NCBI GenBank assembly: GCA_964016885.1 | Contig: OZ024750.1 | Span: 9,982,001-10,046,000 of the forward strand | Length of the DNA stretch: 64,000 bases | Origin: Eledone cirrhosa | Lineage: Eukaryota | Reading direction: 5' to 3' | Shown here: one piece after another, positions 58,595 to 64,000 of the stretch | How the letters are laid out: the number at the start of each line of letters is the position of its first letter | Numbering within the stretch: the stretch's first letter is position 1 | Made by a program: the position numbers and the translations under genes | The notes under the pieces: model-generated | Seen by the model: the letters and a program-made list of their open reading frames with translations, nothing else | Database searches by the model: none | Told to the model about the DNA's origin: nothing

Positions 58595-59824
58595 TTCTTA
58601 ACAAACTTATATAATTTTTTTAGAGTTTTATTTTTCACCATTCAAATATTTATTTCCGTGTCCACTATTTCATCTTTGTTTCCATAAAGTTGTGCAGAAA
58701 TACACCTGATGAACATAACATACAAACCATTCCCACTGCAGTTAATTCCCAGATATCTTGGGCTGCTGCCATCTTTTTTTTTTGAAGGAAGATTGAGTCT
58801 CTAATACAGGTTTGAACCCCAACATAACTACTGGAGAACAGACGATTTTTGAACAAGTGGGTTAATACTTTATCCTACTCCCAAACTTACCTTTTTGTGT
58901 GGAAACAGCCTGGTTACTTCATCATTGTCACTGTTGGTCCGTCATACTTACCATGGAGTGTGTAACCCTTCTAATTCTGTCAGTTGCTTATCAATCATTC
59001 TTGGGTGTGATTGAATTACCATTTCAATAGTTTCTAATATTACACAATATTGGTCATTAGTTTAGCAATAGCCGTGAATCATAACGCTAACACAGCAAAA
59101 TGAAGCGAGGCTCTACCTCAGGATGGTACCAAATGCAGCGTTACCTCACAGCCTGCAATTAAACTACCCAACAAAATGGAAGAACTTGGAGAAACCAAAT
59201 TGCTAGGTTATTTGCCTTTTGGCCTCCATAGTTAAATCGGCCTTTACCTACAACCAATTCCCTCGATGAAAAGGCCCCCTATAAAACATCAACATTAATG
59301 TAGATCATTTGAAAATAAAACACCAGCAAAACAACTTTCTACTGTTAAGTAATAGGTTATACATCAAAGTCCTCTCAATATAAATATTCGGTGACTCACA
59401 AAGAAAGCCCCCCCCCCCCTCTAGAATACAAGCCATACACACAGGATCGCACAACAAATATATCGCTATATTCTGATCAAAAGATGGAAGTTTGATTAAT
59501 ATACACCAATGTTACCCTGTATCTCTCATAATACACTAAAAGATTCTACAAATTTAATATGCAGTGACATTTGTAATGTCCTACTCAAGGACAAGGGACT
59601 GACAAACTCGTTTTTTTCTTCAGAGGTGAACTTTATCAACCTCAAGAAGATGAATGGCAAAGAATGTCTAGTGAGATGTTTTGGTTGTGCACATTTGGAA
59701 TTTAAATCCTGCTTCATGCTGATATAAGTTTTGGTAGCTCTATCACCAAAGCACTTGAGAAATACTTAAAATCCAACTTCATATGTAAACCTGAGGTATG
59801 TCATGTCTGACATATAGAAGAAAT

Positions 59825-60155
59825 ATCATTTCATTTTACGACCGCTTTTCCTTGCTTGCAAGGGTAAGACGGGAATTGATTCTGGCTTCATTTCTACAGC
59901 TGGATGCCCTTCCTAACACCAACCTCATTTACAGTGTGGGCTGGGCGTTTTTTTTTTTGCCGTGGCACCTCCACGACGACTACAGTGGAATGATATGGAC
60001 CCCAGTCCCTATCATCTCATTTCTACAGCTGAGTAAACTGGAGCAATGTGAAATAAAGTGTCTTGCTCAAGGAAACAACACATCACCCGGTCTGAGAATT
60101 GAACTCACAACCTTTTGATTGCAAAGCCAATGCTCTAACCACTAAGCCATGTGCC
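59825..60155 (-). mobile_element. SINE family B, near full-length
   Basis: Reverse-complement match to 33779-34159. Confidence 0.85.
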
Positions 60156-60157
60156 TC

Positions 60158-60194
<37 letters not shown>

Positions 60195-61813
60195 CATTAA
60201 AACATGTATTAATTACAAATGTACTCTAAATTAGAATTGTCTTTACAACCAGATTAGTTCCAATGACAAGATACCAACGGTTAACTGTGCACCTATTGAA
60301 AGAAACAATAAGTCTACATACATGTAGGACTGTAAAATCTACTCAGAACTAATGTCAAAATCAACTCATTTTTATGGTAACCTAGCTAAGCTAATCCAAC
60401 AAGGCTTATTACATTTTTAAATGTCAGCCTTTCAACATTCCGTACACTGACGTTTCATACATATGTGGGGATTTCCTTACGGACATCTTTTACAAGTCAT
60501 AAGATTTGCAAGATGAGCAATGTTACAGCAATGGACTGCTAGTATTTTCACTCATGTCAGGGGTTCTAAATTTGAGATACAAATTTACACATTCTATGTT
60601 TTTATATAGTTTTTCCAATTTTAATTGCTATCTATTAAAATATTTTCTTGAACTTATTTGTATTTTAAACTCAATTGCCAATGGTCTTTCATGAAACTAA
60701 TGACAAAGTAGAAAGAAAATATCAAAGTATCATTTTTTTCTATTTCCTGGCAGATATGTAAACTGAAATTATTGAACAAAAGAACGGGGTTGGGATTGGA
60801 GAAAATTTTCTTTCAAAAAGGTTGTGACCACCTGGCCCATGTTACATCGTTGGGTATATAAAGATATATTGTCATGTCCTAACTAGTCAACACACAATTG
60901 TGGTTTTTTATCTCAGACTTCACTCATTGAAGAAATTATTTCTACTCTAGCTTATCAACAATGTCAGAAGACTAGAATCAAAGTGTATCAATATTACTCT
61001 CCCACACAAAACATTGTTCTCATATGAACAGACTACAACACAAAATAAAAACCAGTGCATTTCCTCATGCTGACCCAGAAATATAAATCACACTTGTTTA
61101 GTTGACCATCTAGACTCCAGGTAAGCTCAAGTGAAACACCAGAAATTTTAAATATGATTAAGTATGACTAACCAACTGGACAAACATAACTTGTTCCGAT
61201 ATCTGGACTACAGGGAAGTATCAATTTGGAGGAAAACATTACAAATAGTATCAACCCATCCTTTAGAGATAAGTGAGAAATGTATTGAGTGGCAATATAA
61301 ATTCCCAATCAATTAGACAACTGCATTTAGTTTGGTATTGAATCTTCCAGAATATATTTGGATTAAGACGGAGAAAATAATTTTTATTTCTATATATCAC
61401 ACTTCTTTACATAATGTGGGTTCAATTCCTGGACTGGGTTGTGTTCTTAAGAAAAACACTTCATTTCACATTGCTCCAGTATACTCAACTGAAAAAGAAT
61501 ACTAGAAATAGCTGGGAGTTAAACTGTGCAATGGACTGGCGTCTTGTCCAGGAGTAGTACTGTACTCTCATCCGCTTAACACCAAAATGTGATAAGCACT
61601 GGTTTGAGACAAACATTAGACTAGATACATAATACTATCAAAGATTCGTGTGAGAACCTATATACGTGTGGTTGACAATATTGTCACTAAAAGGATTCAA
61701 TCAGTAATATTACCTAACTTCTTATGATTGTAACATACATTTAAAAAAAAAAAATTTAATTTACCGGCTAGTTATATATATATATATGTGTGTGTGTGTA
61801 TACATCTATCTAT

Positions 61814-62265
61814 CTAAGGCGGGTAAAATTCCCGAGATCCATGGACGAGTTCTCTCCAGCGGTCTCTGTCCCTCATTATCGCTGCCATGTCCTGCGTCTC
61901 CAACAGACCAATGTCTGTCCTTAGGGCATCAACATACGTTAACCTTGGTCTTCCTCTTCTAGTGTGTCCATGTAGGGGCTCCCAAAGGAGCACTGAGCGC
62001 AATGTCAACTCTGGATGTCGGTGAGCATGTCCAGCTAACCTCAGTCTCCTCTGTGTCACTTTTGAGCTGACTTTTGGGATGCTCCCATACAGCTCTGAGT
62101 TTTTCATCCTCAGCATTCTCGTGTAGCACCCATCCACCATCTGAGTGAGTATCTTGGTCAGTGTCCAAGTCTCAGACCCATACAGCAGCACAGACTCCAC
62201 TACAGCAATGAAGAGGCGGATTTTCAGGTCTCTACGAAGGCCCGACTTCCACACCGTTCTCAAGC
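61814..62265 (-). mobile_element. RTE-type LINE, 3' end
   Basis: LKIRLFIAVVESVLLYGSETWTLT...RRLRLAGH...RRGRPRLTYVD...WR, followed by a simple-repeat tail. Confidence 0.9.
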
Positions 62266-64000
62266 GAGTAAGGAGGGCAGTGAAGATCCTTGCTGGTACT
62301 TCCATAACACCAACCGAAATGGAAGACTACTGAGAGACACCCTGCTCGAGACGAACTTGATGGCGACCAACCTAAGGTTTAGGAAGAATCTGGGGAAGAT
62401 GTGGACCTACATCTAAGATATGCACCTGTCCAAGTCCCAGATTGATTTCATTCTGGTGAGGAAAAAATGGCGGAATAGTGTTCTGAGCACAGAGCCATAC
62501 AACTATTTCAGTACACTGGGTAGTGACCACCGGCTTGTTATCAGTGAGGTCCGGGTGAGCTTAAGAAAGAGCAAGGCTCGGCCCCGGAGAGCAATCTATG
62601 ACTGGGGAGCTTTCAAGGAAGATGATAAGCTACAGGAGAGGTTCACAGTGGAAGTGAGAAACAGGTTTAGTGCTCTGTGTGGAGAGGCAGAGGAGAGAGA
62701 GATTGGATGGACTGAGGAGAGTGTGACGAGGAGGTACGGGCACTTCACCAATGCAGTGGCGGAAGCAAGTGAAACCCTGGTGCCGAGGAAAAAGAACAAA
62801 GGGAAGCACGTCAGCTCTGCAAACCCAAAAGTGTGTGCAGCCAGAGAACACCTGAAAGCTGCCAAGGACCAATTCTATGCTGATCCTACGGAGGAGAGGA
62901 TGGAGTCTGTGGAGGTGATGAGGGAAGAGCTCTGTACCGCTTACACTGAGGTCAGAGAGGAGGCACTGATAGAGAAGATCAGAAGTGTGGAGAGAGCAGT
63001 TGACAGATCTGGATGATCATCAACAAGATCACAGGGAGGAAGAGAAGGTGTTCGAGTCAGATCCAGGGAACGGGGCCCGAGGATAGAAAGGAAATGGCTA
63101 GACCATTCTAGGACTCTGCTAGGAGAGCCACCCTCCACAGCCCAGAGCACTGGGGAGATCAGGCGGCTGTTTGAGGAACTGGATGTTGAGACAGAGCCCT
63201 TCACCAGAGAGGAGCTTCAGAGAGCCAAGAAGAGGATCAAGGAGGGCAAGGCTCATGGAGAAGATGGAGTGGCATCAGAGGTGATGAAGAGGTGTGATTT
63301 CGATGATATCATCCTGGGGTTCTGTAACGGGGCACTGGAGAAAGGAGTTGCCCCGAATCAGTAACATCGTCCCAGTGCCAAAGAAGGGAGATCTCTCTCT
63401 AACACCAACAACTACAGGGGGATATCATTGACGTCACTTGTGGCAAAGACCCTCAACAAGATGATTCTTAACAGGATCCAGCCTGAGATGGAGAAGCTCA
63501 GGGACAACCAGAACGGCTTCAGAGAGGGTAGATCAACCACCAGTCACATCCTGATGCTGAGGAGGATATTACAGGGAGCTAGAGCAAAGTGCCTTCCTGC
63601 GGTCATAGTTTTCATTGACTTTAGGAAGGCCTTTGATTCTGTGGACCGTTACTGCCTGATAAAGATCTTACAGGCTTATGGAATCCCCAAGAAGATAGTG
63701 GACCCGATATCACTGCTCTACACCAACACCAAAGCCCAAGTCATTACACCTGTATCTTTGAAATACTGGCTGTAGAGCTCCAGGGAGGTACATTGGCTCC
63801 CTACCTTTTCATCATCGTAGTGGACTATTGTATGCGCCTTGCACTGGAGAAACACCAGGTCTCTGGCTTTACTGTAGCACCGGCTCAGAGCAAGAGAGTT
63901 AGGGCGAAAAAGGTATCGGATGCTGAATTTGCCGACATGGTTTTGGTGACAAATACAGTGAAGGAGGCAGAGGATTTGATGCGGGAGGTTGAGTGTGTCG
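62266..64000 (+). mobile_element. RTE-type LINE internal part (APE endonuclease C-terminus plus reverse transcriptase), disrupted, runs off right edge
   Basis: QIDFILV, LGSDHRLV, NYRGISL, QNGFREGRST, FIDFRKAFDS, QG.TLAPYLFIIVVD, FAD; stops and frameshifts present. Confidence 0.92.

Overview
Eukaryotic, AT-rich, microsatellite- and SINE-dense genomic DNA. The repeat landscape suggests an octopod cephalopod (inference). I reconstructed three spliced genes by hand from GT-AG sites with consistent intron phases. (1) The 5' ~600 codons of a probable SENP6/7-type SUMO protease on the - strand, running off the left edge, with three candidate alternative first exons at ~14.6, 27.2 and 28.2 kb. (2) A complete CCDC181-like gene (- strand, 9 exons, ~526 aa). 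(3) A complete peroxiredoxin-4 (+ strand, 6 exons, 245 aa), head-to-head with CCDC181. Most listed ORFs are microsatellite or SINE artefacts. Mobile DNA comprises two tRNA-derived SINE families, RTE-type LINE fragments (one with a twin-priming-like 5' inversion), a Penelope-like GIY-YIG element, MITEs and several minisatellites. The most striking unannotated signal is a set of hammerhead-ribozyme motifs from several families, mostly next to (TA)n tracts. One ~140-nt hammerhead-headed family occurs three times as inverted dimers, including a perfect 60-bp palindrome, and its lone sense-strand intronic copy has lost the cleavage site.
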